NCBI GenBank assembly: GCA_020631815.1
Contig: JACKGW010000003.1
Coordinates: 175,169 to 239,168, forward strand
DNA: 64,000 nucleotides
Direction: 5' to 3'
Source of the DNA: Planctomycetota bacterium
GTDB lineage: Bacteria > Planctomycetota > PLA2 > JAEUHO01
The translations under genes were made by a program, and so were the position numbers. The notes under the pieces were generated by a model. That model had not been told where the DNA came from. It did not search any database and saw nothing but the letters and a program-made list of their open reading frames with translations. Positions 53,624 to 63,606 of this stretch are shown here, in pieces (position 1 is the stretch's first letter; the number at the start of each line of letters is the position of its first letter).

Positions 53624-55420
53624 ATGTCCCGCCCTCGCCTGCGCCTCCGCCGCACGCTCGTGCTCCTGCTCCTGCTGCTCTTGCTCGCCCTGCTGCTCGA
53701 GCTCAACCGCTGGCTGCCCGGCACCTGGCCTGGCGGCGGCGGCAGCGGCTGGGAAGCTCGCGCGCTCCCGGCGGCCGAGCGCCGCGACGATCACCCCAAG
53801 CGGGACGACGAGACGGCGGATCCCGATGTCGGCGTGGCCCGCCCCACCGAAGCCGATCGCCCGCTTCCGCTTCCCACCTTGGCACCCGTCAGCGTGCTCG
53901 TGCTCTCGGCCGACGGCACGCCGGCGACCGACGCGCGGCTGGGCGGTGGTGCCGGCGGTGCGATGGACGCCGTGCCGGACGCGAAGGGCTGGACCCGGCT
54001 CGAACGTCGCGACGTGGTCGCACAAGGCCTGCGCGTTCGCCACGGACAACGCGATCTGCGTCACCTCGGCGCGGGCGCGGCGGGCACGCCCGCGGGTACG
54101 GGCCCGTGGATCGTGCATCTCCCCGATAGCGCGACACCACCACTCAAGAGCGCGCAGGCGCGGGACGTGAGGCTGGAGACGGCGGGCAGCGCGCTCCCCG
54201 CCGGCACGATCGTCGAGTCGGTTGGCGCAGGGGGCGACGTGCTCGAGAGCATGCGCGCGGACGCCGCCGGCAGGCTGCGCGTAGACCGGATCGATGACGT
54301 CGTGCGACTGCGCCTGAAGGACCGACCCGAGGTCGCCTCGCCTTGGGTCAGCCTGCGCGAGAGCGAGCCGTTCCACTGGCCGCTCGGCGAGGCAGCCGGC
54401 CGCGTGGTCGCCCACGTGCGCGGACTGCCCGACAACGTCGAGGTGCGTGTGCGCCCCGCCGACAGTGAGGTCCCCGCCGAACCCGTGGAGCGCGGGCCAG
54501 ACGGTGCCCTCCGCCTCTCACCCACGCGCTGGCCCGCAGGTGAGGCCGTCGAGCTGACATGGTCCACGGCCGAGGGCGTCGAGCTGACGTGGCGCACCGA
54601 GCTGCCTGCCGGCGAGCCGCTCCAAGCCGACGCACGCTTGCGGCGCGTCACGCTTGCCCTGCCCGACGGCGAGAGCGCACCCGAAGCATGGACGGCGACG
54701 GTCACGGGCTCGAGCGAGCCCGGCGCACGCGGGGATCGCGGCGGTCGTTGGACGGCGGTCACGAAGGGGCGCGGAGCGATCGACGGCGTGGTCGTGCCCG
54801 AGGGCGCACGCGACCCGATCGCCCTCGTCACGGACGGCGTGCACGCGCCACGCACGTTCGACCTCTCACCACGCACCGCGGCGCACATGCCCGTCGGGGT
54901 CGAGGGCGCGTGGCTCCAGGTGCAGACCGGCCGCGCAGGGGCGCATGTACTGGGGCGCTCCGTCGCCGATGGCCGCATGCCGCTCGAAGACCGACGCACG
55001 GCCGACGCTGCCGGTCGGGTGCGCCTCGGCCCCTTCCCGACCGGGGACGTCGAGGTCGTGGTGTGGGACGTGGGCTCCTTGACGACGACGCGGTCGGTGA
55101 GTGCCGTGTCGGGATCCCAAGACGTGCACGCCGCCTCCACCGAGCGTGCCGTACCGCTCTCCCTCCGGGTGCACACGCCGTCGGGTCTGCCGGTCGAGGG
55201 CGCCCGCGTCGTGCTCTCCGTCGACGACGGCGGAGCGCCGTTGCTGCTGCCGCCGCCACTGGACGAGCTGCGCACCGACGAGAACGGGGGCTTGGAGATC
55301 CCCGCCTACCTGCCGGAGCGCGCTCTGCGCATCCAGGTCGAGGCACCGGGACTGAGGCCCGCGGACGTGCGACGCGTCCAACCGGGCCCGGGCGTGCACT
55401 TCATCACGCTCGTTCCCTAA
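53624..55420 (+). CDS. Hypothetical membrane-anchored protein (CarboxypepD_reg-like C-terminal domain possible)
   Basis: MSRPRLRLRRTLVLLLLLLLLALLLEL TM anchor. The C-terminus reads …SLRVHTPSGLPVEGARVVLSVDD…TDENGGLEIP…. No family recognised with confidence. Confidence 0.5.
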   Translation: MSRPRLRLRRTLVLLLLLLLLALLLELNRWLPGTWPGGGGSGWEARALPAAERRDDHPKRDDETADPDVGVARPTEADRPLPLPTLAPVSVLVLSADGTPATDARLGGGAGGAMDAVPDAKGWTRLERRDVVAQGLRVRHGQRDLRHLGAGAAGTPAGTGPWIVHLPDSATPPLKSAQARDVRLETAGSALPAGTIVESVGAGGDVLESMRADAAGRLRVDRIDDVVRLRLKDRPEVASPWVSLRESEPFHWPLGEAAGRVVAHVRGLPDNVEVRVRPADSEVPAEPVERGPDGALRLSPTRWPAGEAVELTWSTAEGVELTWRTELPAGEPLQADARLRRVTLALPDGESAPEAWTATVTGSSEPGARGDRGGRWTAVTKGRGAIDGVVVPEGARDPIALVTDGVHAPRTFDLSPRTAAHMPVGVEGAWLQVQTGRAGAHVLGRSVADGRMPLEDRRTADAAGRVRLGPFPTGDVEVVVWDVGSLTTTRSVSAVSGSQDVHAASTERAVPLSLRVHTPSGLPVEGARVVLSVDDGGAPLLLPPPLDELRTDENGGLEIPAYLPERALRIQVEAPGLRPADVRRVQPGPGVHFITLVP

Positions 55421-55428
55421 CGCGCGCG

Positions 55429-57264
55429 TCAGACCCCGCCTTCGAGCGACGGGCTCGCGACGTCCAGCATGCGCCGCGACCACAGCTCGAGCATGACGAG
55501 CGCGTGGATGACGGCGCCGAGGTTGCGCGCTCCGCAGAGGTGCTCGCGGTAGAGGCGGCGCACGCCGTCGGGATCGACGAAGCCACGCTCCAAGCCGGGG
55601 CCCGAGAGCAGGCAGCCCTCGGCCAGCTCGCGGAGCGGACCGCGGTACAGGTCGTCGACGGGGAATGCGAAGCCGCGCTTGGGTGCACGGGCGAGGTCGG
55701 GATCGACGTGCTCGCGCACGTACGCACGCAGCAGCGCCTTCTGCTTGCCGCGCCGCGGGCTGCCCGACAGCTCGAGGCGTCCCGCGGCACGGCGCACGCG
55801 CCCGTCGAGGAACGGATGCCGCCCCTCCACGCCGTGCGCCATGAGCGCGCGGTCCTCCTTCACCAGCAGGTCGTCGGGCAGGTAGCGGCGGAAGTCGTCG
55901 CGCATCGCCGAGGGCGCGTCCGTGGGGCCCGGGCGTGGCTCGGGTTCGGCCACGCCGCGTAGCAGCGGCCCGAGCACGGTGCGCAGCTCGGTCAGGGGCT
56001 GGAGGCGCAAGAGGCCTCGATAGAGACCCTCGGGGTCGCTGGCGGCACGCAACACGCGCGCGCTACCGGGCGCACGGCGGTCCAGGACGCGCTGCACGGG
56101 CGAAACGAGGAACGACGGCACGTGACGAAGCCACGGTCCGTGCCCAAGCATCCAGTAGCGCCGGTAGCCGCCGAAGACCTCGTCGCCGCCGGTCCCGGTG
56201 AGCAGCGCGCGTACACGCCGACCGGCCTCGCGGGCCACGCCCCACGTGGGGACCGCGCTCGCATCGGCGAAAGGCTCGTCGAACGCGCGTGCGGTTCCCA
56301 CGACCCAGGCCGTCGGATCCAGCGGACACGGCACGACTTGGTGCGGCAGGTCGAGCCGCTTGGCCGTGCGTCGCGCGCGCTGCACTTCGTCCGCGCCGCG
56401 CAAGCCCGGATAGCCGACGGTGAACGTGGGAATGCGCTCGACTTCCGCCACCAGCGCGGCGAGGAGCCCCGAGTCGATGCCGCCCGACAACAGCAGACCA
56501 ATCGGCCGTTCCAGCTGCAGCCGGTCGTGCACGGCGGCGCGGAGCGCGTCGAGCACGTCATGGTGCTCGTCCTCCTCGACCACGTGTGGCGCGGGCACGA
56601 CGTCGCTCGACAGCTGGAGCTCCGCGTCGAGGCGCAGGACTTCGCCCGGCGCGACGCGGCGCACGCCGGCGAGCGCGGTGCGCGCCGTGGGCACGACGCC
56701 GTCGCGCAGTACATCGACGAGAGCGTCCACGTCGGGGCGCGGCGGGAACGCGCCGAGCGCCACCAGGCCGTCGAGGGTGCTGGCGAACACGAAGCCGCCG
56801 GGGACGCGCGCGTACGCCAGGGGACGAACGCCCGCTGCATCGCGCGCGAGCCAGAGCGGTCCTTCGGGCGCCGCCAGGAACGCGAAGGCGTAGCTGCCGC
56901 GCAGGTCGGCCAAGCCCGCTTGGCCGTGCGCCTCCAGCCAAGCCGCCAGCAGGTTGCCGTCACCGGGCCCGCAGGGAGCCGGGTGACCTTCGCGCTCCAG
57001 CCGCGCACGGAGCGCGAGGTGGTTGTAGATCTCGCCGTTGAACACGAGCAGCGAACCGCGGGGACCGCGCCACGGCACGCCGACGCCATGCGCCGCGACG
57101 AGCGCGAGCCGGCGCATGCCCAGCTCGATCGGATGGGAGCCCAGGCGACCGGTAGCGCGACCACCCAGGTCGGGGCCGCGACGGGCCAAGACGCCGAGAG
57201 CGTGGCCAATCGGGTCGGGCGGCGTGGTGCGGACCCGCCCCACGATGCCCACGATCCCGCACAT
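55429..57264 (-). CDS. asnB: Asparagine synthase (glutamine-hydrolysing) family protein
   Basis: Ntn start MCGIVGIVG; PP-loop …LLLSGGIDSGLLAAL…; …LTGTGGDEVFGGY…. Start at ATG 57264 (the track ORF is over-extended to 57819). Confidence 0.85.
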   Translation of the reverse strand: MCGIVGIVGRVRTTPPDPIGHALGVLARRGPDLGGRATGRLGSHPIELGMRRLALVAAHGVGVPWRGPRGSLLVFNGEIYNHLALRARLEREGHPAPCGPGDGNLLAAWLEAHGQAGLADLRGSYAFAFLAAPEGPLWLARDAAGVRPLAYARVPGGFVFASTLDGLVALGAFPPRPDVDALVDVLRDGVVPTARTALAGVRRVAPGEVLRLDAELQLSSDVVPAPHVVEEDEHHDVLDALRAAVHDRLQLERPIGLLLSGGIDSGLLAALVAEVERIPTFTVGYPGLRGADEVQRARRTAKRLDLPHQVVPCPLDPTAWVVGTARAFDEPFADASAVPTWGVAREAGRRVRALLTGTGGDEVFGGYRRYWMLGHGPWLRHVPSFLVSPVQRVLDRRAPGSARVLRAASDPEGLYRGLLRLQPLTELRTVLGPLLRGVAEPEPRPGPTDAPSAMRDDFRRYLPDDLLVKEDRALMAHGVEGRHPFLDGRVRRAAGRLELSGSPRRGKQKALLRAYVREHVDPDLARAPKRGFAFPVDDLYRGPLRELAEGCLLSGPGLERGFVDPDGVRRLYREHLCGARNLGAVIHALVMLELWSRRMLDVASPSLEGGV

Positions 57265-57416
57265 CCGACCCTGCTCCGTCCTGGGGCGGCGGGGTCCTCC
57301 CGCACGCCGGCGCCGTCGACTGTATCGACCGGATGGGCTCCGATCCCGAGGCCGAGCCCCGGGCGAGTAGCCTCTGGAGCGCAGCCCGGTGCGGGGCGCA
57401 GGACCGGAGGACGACC

Positions 57417-57758
57417 GTGGCGGACGCGAAGGTGGCGTGGAAGGCAGGCGGGGTGCGGCTGGTGCTCGCGACGGCGCCCCCGGACGTGGCCGAGGACTTG
57501 GCCCGGTCGCTCGTGGAGGAACGCCTGGCCGCGTGCGTGAACCTCGTGCCGGGCCTGCGCAGCCTGTTCTGGTGGCAAGGCGCCGTGGCCAACGACCCCG
57601 AGACGCTGCTGGTGGCCAAGACCACGAAGACCGGCGTGGACGCCCTCGCCCGCTACCTGAAGGGCCGGCACCCCTACGAAGTGCCCGAGATCGTGGTGCT
57701 CGACCCGGCCGCGACGGAGGCCGCCTACGCGGCCTGGGTGGCTGAAACGGTCGTGTGA
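57417..57758 (+). CDS. cutA: Divalent-cation tolerance protein CutA
   Basis: …LVLATAPPDVAEDLARSLVEERLAACVNLVPGLRSLFWWQGAV…HPYEVPEIVVL…. GTG 57417 is preceded by GGAGG at a 6-nt spacing, giving a typical length of 113 aa. Confidence 0.8.
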   Translation: MADAKVAWKAGGVRLVLATAPPDVAEDLARSLVEERLAACVNLVPGLRSLFWWQGAVANDPETLLVAKTTKTGVDALARYLKGRHPYEVPEIVVLDPAATEAAYAAWVAETVV

Positions 57759-57887
57759 ACGGGCTCTTGAGGCCTGATTTCCGGGCCTCGTGACGGATGG
57801 GCAACTTGGTTCCCGGCACTCACGCCCTCACTTCAGGAGGTCGATAAGGGGTACGGCCGCTCCGAACACCCGAGGACGACCAGCCCC

Positions 57888-59093
57888 GTGTCCCCCAGGT
57901 TCCTGCCCACCTTTGATCCGAGCCCGCTCGGCCTGCAGAGGCTCTACGCCCGCCTGCTGCTCGCGATGCTCGCCCCCTTGGCGCTGCTCCACGCCGCGCT
58001 GTGGGCCCTCGGTGCCACCACGCCGCTCGCCATGGCGCTCGAAGCGGCCATCGCGATCCTCGGCTGGCGGCTGCTGGTGTCCGCAAGCGAGCGGGGGCCA
58101 ACCGGTCGGCCGATTGCCCCCGCCCTCGCGATGTGCGCGATCGGCCTCCTCGGCGTGGCCGCCGCCTTCGAGACAGGCGGTGTCGGCAGTCCGCAGGTGG
58201 TCTTGGTGATCGCCACGATCGCCTTCGCGGGTCTCCTGTTCGACGGCGCCACCTTGATCCGTCTCGCGTGCACTCTTGCCACCGCCTACATCCTCTTCGC
58301 GCTGGCCCTGCCCCGCGGCATCGCCACCGCGGCTCTGGAGACCCAGACGGGCTCCTCGTTCTTTGCCTGGCAGCGCCTGCCAGTCACGGAGCTTGCCGCG
58401 TTGGTGCAGAACGTGGTCTACCTCGGGCTGGCCGCCTACACGGCACACGCCGCCAAGGGTCGCCTCCATACGCAGTGGTCCCAAATGCAGCAGCGGGCAC
58501 GTCGCGACGTGCTGACGCAGCTGCCGAACCGCCTCGGCTTCCACGAGGACTTGCTTCGCGTCCTGGAGCAGCCGGCGGCGATCGAGATCCCGATGGCCGT
58601 GCTCATGGTCGACCTCGACCACTTCAAGCAGGTCAACGACCGCTTTGGTCACGCGGTCGGCGACGACGTCCTGCGGCAGACGGGCTTCATCCTGCGCGAG
58701 ACCGTCGGTCCGATGGACCACGTGGCGCGGCTCGGTGGCGAAGAGTTCGTCGTGGCCGCGATGGCCACCGACACCCACCACGCCCTCGACTTGGCGGGCC
58801 GCATCGTGCGCGCGTTCCGCACCCACGCGTGGCACCAGGTCCGGCCGGAGCTGAAGGTGACCTGCTCGGTGGGGATCGCCCTGCTGACGCCGGACGCCGT
58901 GCGCGCGGGGCCGCGAGCTGCCCTCACCCACGCCCTGGAGAAGGCAGACAGCGCGCTCTACCACGTGAAGGGCAACGGCCGCGACGGCTTCCACCTGGCC
59001 CCCGACCTGCCCTCCACGGCCCTGGCCGCCTCGGGCACGCCCCGCACCCTGTCACTCGATCGCGGACCCTCGGGAGCGCCAGGCGCCCGGTAG
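57888..59093 (+). CDS. Membrane-bound diguanylate cyclase (GGDEF domain)
   Basis: N-terminal multi-TM region, then …DVLTQLPNRLGF…MVDLDHFKQVNDRFGHAVGD…ARLGGEEFVV…. GTG start as in the track. Confidence 0.85.
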   Translation: MSPRFLPTFDPSPLGLQRLYARLLLAMLAPLALLHAALWALGATTPLAMALEAAIAILGWRLLVSASERGPTGRPIAPALAMCAIGLLGVAAAFETGGVGSPQVVLVIATIAFAGLLFDGATLIRLACTLATAYILFALALPRGIATAALETQTGSSFFAWQRLPVTELAALVQNVVYLGLAAYTAHAAKGRLHTQWSQMQQRARRDVLTQLPNRLGFHEDLLRVLEQPAAIEIPMAVLMVDLDHFKQVNDRFGHAVGDDVLRQTGFILRETVGPMDHVARLGGEEFVVAAMATDTHHALDLAGRIVRAFRTHAWHQVRPELKVTCSVGIALLTPDAVRAGPRAALTHALEKADSALYHVKGNGRDGFHLAPDLPSTALAASGTPRTLSLDRGPSGAPGAR

Positions 59094-59102
59094 GATCCGG
59101 GC

Positions 59103-59726
59103 GTGGACTCCACGCCCGCGCGCACGCCGTCTTCGCCCTCGACCGGACGCACGCGACGTGACCTGTTGGCCGCGGGAACGGCCGCGGGGCTCACCGCGGC
59201 CGGCGTGCTGTGGTGGGACGGGCTCCTGGTGGGCGGCGGCCCGCGTGTCGAGCCGACGCCCCCGGGCACGGCCGCACGCGCCCTGGACCCGGCCCTCCAA
59301 GCGACGCTCGCTGCGGTGCAGGACCGGCTCCTGCCCACCACGCCCGACTCACCTGGCGCAGCCAGCACGAACACGATCGGCTACCTCGACGCCGCGATGG
59401 CTTCGCCCGACGTGCCGCAAGACACCAAGGATCTGGTTCGCCAAGGCGCCGCCCACGTGGATCGCAGCGCGCGCTGGTACCGAAAGAACCGCTTCCACGA
59501 GCTGACGGCCCTGCAGCAGGACGCCATCCTGCGCGGCCTGGAGCGCGACATCCGCATCGGCCTGCGCTGGCTGCGCGCGATGCTCGTCCTCACGCTCGAG
59601 GGCTTCCTCTGTGACCCCGTGCACGGCGGCAACCGCGACGAGGCCGCGTGGCGTTGGCTCGGTCACGTACCAGGACCGCCGCGCCCCACCACTCCGTACC
59701 TGCGCATGGACGACCTCGCCCGATGA
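59103..59726 (+). CDS. Gluconate 2-dehydrogenase subunit 3-family protein (TAT signal)
   Basis: Twin-arginine signal GRTRRDLLAAGTAAGL. …LEGFLCDPVHGGNRDEAAWRWLG… is typical of this small-subunit family. ATGA overlap with the GMC gene. Confidence 0.7.
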   Translation: MDSTPARTPSSPSTGRTRRDLLAAGTAAGLTAAGVLWWDGLLVGGGPRVEPTPPGTAARALDPALQATLAAVQDRLLPTTPDSPGAASTNTIGYLDAAMASPDVPQDTKDLVRQGAAHVDRSARWYRKNRFHELTALQQDAILRGLERDIRIGLRWLRAMLVLTLEGFLCDPVHGGNRDEAAWRWLGHVPGPPRPTTPYLRMDDLAR

Positions 59727-61453
59727 GCGGGTACGACGTCATCGTCGTGGGCAGTGGCGCGGGTGGCTCGCCCGTCGCGGCCGTGCTTGCCGAGGCCGGC
59801 CATCGCGTTCTCGTGCTCGAGAAGGGCGGTCGCTACCAAGAGAGTGACTTCGTCAAGGACGAGATCGCGGTCGTGCGTCGCGGTGCCTTCACGCCGTCGG
59901 CCGATGCGGAGCCGATGGTCCAAGAGACCGTCGGCGCCGCGCAGGCCGGGAGCGGCGCCCCCACCTCGCTGTTCTGGAACGGCAGCCTCGTCGGCGGCAG
60001 CAGCGTGCTCATGAGCGGCTTCATGATGCGCATGAAGCCGTCCGATTTCCGTCAGCTCTCGTCGTTTGGCCCCGTGCAGGGCTCCAGTGTGACCGACTGG
60101 CCCATCGACTACGGCGAGCTCGAGCCTTGGTACGCCGAGGTCGAGCGGCAGGTCGGCCTCTCGGGCCGCGTGGTGCCGCATGGACGCCATCTGGCCGAGC
60201 CGCGCTCCACGCCCGGGTTCCCGCAGCCGCCGCTCACGGAGCACCCGCTTGCCCAGCGCGTGGACGCCGTGTGCGCGAGGCTGGGCCTCAACAGTGTGCC
60301 GCTCCCGCGCTCCGTGTTGTCGCGCGACGTTCCGGACGCCCCAGGCCAGGCGCGCCACGCGTGTGACTACAACGGCTACTGCGGCAGCTTCGGCTGCGCG
60401 GTCGGCGCCAAGGGCTCCGGCCTGGCGGCGTTCGTGCATCGCGCCGAAGCCACGGGTCGCTGCGACGTCATCTCCAAGGCCCGCGTGACGCGTCTGGAGA
60501 CCGACGCCTCGGGCGCCGTGCGCGCCGCGCACTGGATCGACCGCGACGGACGCGCCAACCGCACGGAGGCTTCCGTCTTCGTCGTGGCCTGCCAGGCCCT
60601 CGAGTCCGCGCGTCTGCTCTTGCTCTCGCGCGGCCCCAAGCACCCGCGGGGCTTGGGCAACAGCAGCGGACAGGTCGGCCGTCACCTGCTCTTCTGCTCG
60701 TTCGGTGCGGGCTGGGGCGACTTCGCGCTGGCACGCGACCCGGCGCTCGCCAGCAGCGAGCCGTTCGTCAACCGCATCGTGCAAGACTGGTACTGGTACG
60801 ACCCGTCCGACCCGCGCCGCCGCGCCGGACGCGACGACGTGCCGCCCGCGCCCGGGCTCGTGAAGGCCGGCACGCTCAACTTCCTGCGCGTGCACCCGAA
60901 CCCCATCCTGGCCGCGGTCACGCAAGCGCTCTGGGACGAGCGGCCGGACTACGTGCCGCTGTGGGGCGCCGCGCTCAAGGAGCGCCTGCGCTGGTACTTC
61001 CACGACGTCATGCACCTGCGCTTCGAGACGTTCTCCGACTGGCTGCCCCACGACGGCTGCTGGATGCGCCTCAGCGACACCACGAAGGACAGGCTCGGTC
61101 TGCCCGTCTGCCACGTGCGCGCCGTCAACCACCCGCGCTCGCTGCAGGCCGTGCGGGACCTCGTGGCCCGCGGCGTCGAGGTGCTGGAGGCCATGGGCGC
61201 GCGCAAAGTGCGCACGCCGGACAGCTTCGGCGGGCCGAGCACCAACCTCATCGCGGGCACCTGCCGCTTCGGCGATGACCCGCGTACCTCCGTCCTGGAC
61301 CGCGACTGCCGGGCGCACGACACGCCCAACCTCTGGGTGACCGACGGCAGCTTCATGCCGTCAGGTGGCTCGGTGCCCTACACGATGACGATCTACGCCA
61401 ACGCCCTGCGCGTCGCCACGCGCATCCACGAGACGCTGGAGCGCGGTCGCTAG
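59723..61453 (+). CDS. GMC-family FAD-dependent oxidoreductase (large subunit)
   Basis: MSGYDVIVVGSGAGGSPVAAVLAEAGHRVLVLEKG Rossmann FAD motif. The C-terminal …LWVTDGSFMPSGGSVPYTMTIYANALRVA is characteristic of GMC enzymes. Confidence 0.85.
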   Translation: MSGYDVIVVGSGAGGSPVAAVLAEAGHRVLVLEKGGRYQESDFVKDEIAVVRRGAFTPSADAEPMVQETVGAAQAGSGAPTSLFWNGSLVGGSSVLMSGFMMRMKPSDFRQLSSFGPVQGSSVTDWPIDYGELEPWYAEVERQVGLSGRVVPHGRHLAEPRSTPGFPQPPLTEHPLAQRVDAVCARLGLNSVPLPRSVLSRDVPDAPGQARHACDYNGYCGSFGCAVGAKGSGLAAFVHRAEATGRCDVISKARVTRLETDASGAVRAAHWIDRDGRANRTEASVFVVACQALESARLLLLSRGPKHPRGLGNSSGQVGRHLLFCSFGAGWGDFALARDPALASSEPFVNRIVQDWYWYDPSDPRRRAGRDDVPPAPGLVKAGTLNFLRVHPNPILAAVTQALWDERPDYVPLWGAALKERLRWYFHDVMHLRFETFSDWLPHDGCWMRLSDTTKDRLGLPVCHVRAVNHPRSLQAVRDLVARGVEVLEAMGARKVRTPDSFGGPSTNLIAGTCRFGDDPRTSVLDRDCRAHDTPNLWVTDGSFMPSGGSVPYTMTIYANALRVATRIHETLERGR

Positions 61454-61455
61454 CC

Positions 61456-63606
61456 TCAGCGCAGGGCGTCGAGCAGATGCACGCGGTCGTCGGTCCAGGC
61501 TCGGCCCACCGCGGCGTCCTCGAACCCACGCGCACGAAGCGCTGCGACGTCCTCGTCGCGCCGCGCCACCACCACCCAGTGCGATCCGTTCGCCGTCTTC
61601 GTGACGGCGAGCGCGCCGTCAGCCCGGGCCGCCGCGCCCAGCACCGGCACCAGGTCGACGTACTGCGACGACACGTGGAAGGCGGCGAGGCCCCCGTCCG
61701 CGAGCACGCGTAGATCACCCTGCACGGCTTCCCGCGTGAGCAGGTGCACGGGCACGGCGTCCGACGAGAAGGCGTCCACGACCAAGAGATCGAAGCTGCC
61801 GGCGGGAAGATGCTCGAGCTCGCGCCGTCCGTCCCCCACCGTGGTCGTCACGGCCGCCTTCGTGTCGTGCACGAACGTGAACAGCTTCGGGTCGCTCGCG
61901 ATGCGCACGACGGCTTCGTCGATCTCGATGACGCGAACGGACCAGCCTTCACGCGCATAGGCCAAGAGGGTCCCGGCTCCGAGCCCCACGATGCCGACAC
62001 GCGGCGTCGGCGCGCGCGCCGCGAGATCCTCCATCACGTCGCCGATCGGTGTCGCGCGGCCGTAGTAGAGCGTGGGCAATCCCGGCTTGCGCTCGAGCTG
62101 GACGCCGTGGATCGTGCGCCCGTGCAGCAGGCGATGGTGCCCGCCCTCGTCGTACGACCCGTCGACGGCGAGCACCGTGTGGGTACCGAAGAACGTGCGC
62201 TCTCGCGCCACGACGTCGAAGTCCTCGTGCAGCGCGAGCGTGGGCAGGACCAGCAGGGCGGCGAGACCACCGAGCAGCGCAGGACGGCCAGCGAGCCAGA
62301 GCAGCAGCGTGGCCACCGTGGCGAGCACGACGAGCAGGAGGAACCCTACGGACTCCGCGCGCAGGCTCGCCGTCGCTTCGAACAAGGTGATCACGAGGGC
62401 CGCGCCCAGCACCAGCTTCAGCACGGCCGGCCACGCCGGTCGCGGTGCCATCACCCCCGTGGTCGGATGGATGCCGCGCACGGCCACCACGCCGAAGAGG
62501 AGCAACGGCAGCTCGTACGGGCCGTTCAGGCACCAGGGCGCCAGCAGACCGACACCGAGACCACCCAGCGCGCCGCCGATGGCGGTGGCGAGGTACCAGC
62601 CTGTCGCGCGCGCCGGGTCGTCCGGACGGCGACGGGCCAGGGCGCCCCACAGGTCCAGGCTCGCGGCCAGGACGAACGCGAGGAACACGAGCAGCTGCAC
62701 GGGCATCCACTCCGTGCGCTCGGCCAACAGGAGGCCCGCGACAACCACGGCCAGCGGCACCACGCTGCGTCCCGCCAGCGTGACCAGACCCTCCGCCCGC
62801 GGCACGAACGCGAGGATCGAGGCCAGCAGGAACAGGCCGAGCGGCACGACCCACAAGAGCGGTACCGGTGCGAGGTCGGTCGTGATGTGTGCCGTGACGG
62901 CGAGGAAGAGGCCACTGGCCAGTGCCGCGCGCAGCACGAGGCCCCACGTCTCGCGCGGCCAGCGCAGTCCCGGCTCGCGCTCGATGGGCGCGGAGGCCCG
63001 CGCGCGGGGCCACGCCATCACGGCGACGCACGCCACGACGACGGCTGCGAGCGGACCCCACACGCTCACGAGCGCACGCACCCCGAACGCGGGCTCGAGC
63101 AGCGTCGGATAGAGCAGCAAGGCGGCGAGGCTGCCCGCACTCCCCCACGCGACGAGGCGCCAGGCCCGCTCGGGCGCGCCGCCGCGCTCGACGAAGGCGC
63201 GATGCAGCAGCGGCGTCGTCACGGCCAAGGCAGTGACCAAGGGACCCAAACCCAGCGCGAGCGTGCCGACGAGCCACAGCGCGGGATCGTCCTGCGCCCC
63301 TGGTGCGCCCCACGTGCGCCACGTGAACACGGCATTGGCGATCGCCAGCCCGAGGAGCACCACGAGGCCGGGCCGTCGCCACGCCGGTCGGCGCGCCAGC
63401 GTGTGGGCCAGGGCCTGTGCCAGCAGGTAGAGCGTCTGGAACACCACGAGCGAAGCGGCCCACACCGCGGGTGTCCCGCCCAGGCGCGGGAGCAGGCGAC
63501 GGCCTGCCAGCGGCTGCACGGCGAACACGAGGAACGCGGCGAGCGCGACCAGCAGCTCCGTGCGCGTCGGTCGACGCCGGGCGGCCGGCGCGCCCTCGGG
63601 CCTCAT
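61456..63606 (-). CDS. Fused polytopic membrane domain / spermidine synthase-like protein
   Basis: About 450 aa of TM helices, then …RVGIVGLGAGTLLAYA…VIEIDEAVVRIA…LLVVDAFSSDAVPVHLLT… (SpeE-like SAM fold). Start at ATG 63606. Confidence 0.7.
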   Translation of the reverse strand: MRPEGAPAARRRPTRTELLVALAAFLVFAVQPLAGRRLLPRLGGTPAVWAASLVVFQTLYLLAQALAHTLARRPAWRRPGLVVLLGLAIANAVFTWRTWGAPGAQDDPALWLVGTLALGLGPLVTALAVTTPLLHRAFVERGGAPERAWRLVAWGSAGSLAALLLYPTLLEPAFGVRALVSVWGPLAAVVVACVAVMAWPRARASAPIEREPGLRWPRETWGLVLRAALASGLFLAVTAHITTDLAPVPLLWVVPLGLFLLASILAFVPRAEGLVTLAGRSVVPLAVVVAGLLLAERTEWMPVQLLVFLAFVLAASLDLWGALARRRPDDPARATGWYLATAIGGALGGLGVGLLAPWCLNGPYELPLLLFGVVAVRGIHPTTGVMAPRPAWPAVLKLVLGAALVITLFEATASLRAESVGFLLLVVLATVATLLLWLAGRPALLGGLAALLVLPTLALHEDFDVVARERTFFGTHTVLAVDGSYDEGGHHRLLHGRTIHGVQLERKPGLPTLYYGRATPIGDVMEDLAARAPTPRVGIVGLGAGTLLAYAREGWSVRVIEIDEAVVRIASDPKLFTFVHDTKAAVTTTVGDGRRELEHLPAGSFDLLVVDAFSSDAVPVHLLTREAVQGDLRVLADGGLAAFHVSSQYVDLVPVLGAAARADGALAVTKTANGSHWVVVARRDEDVAALRARGFEDAAVGRAWTDDRVHLLDALR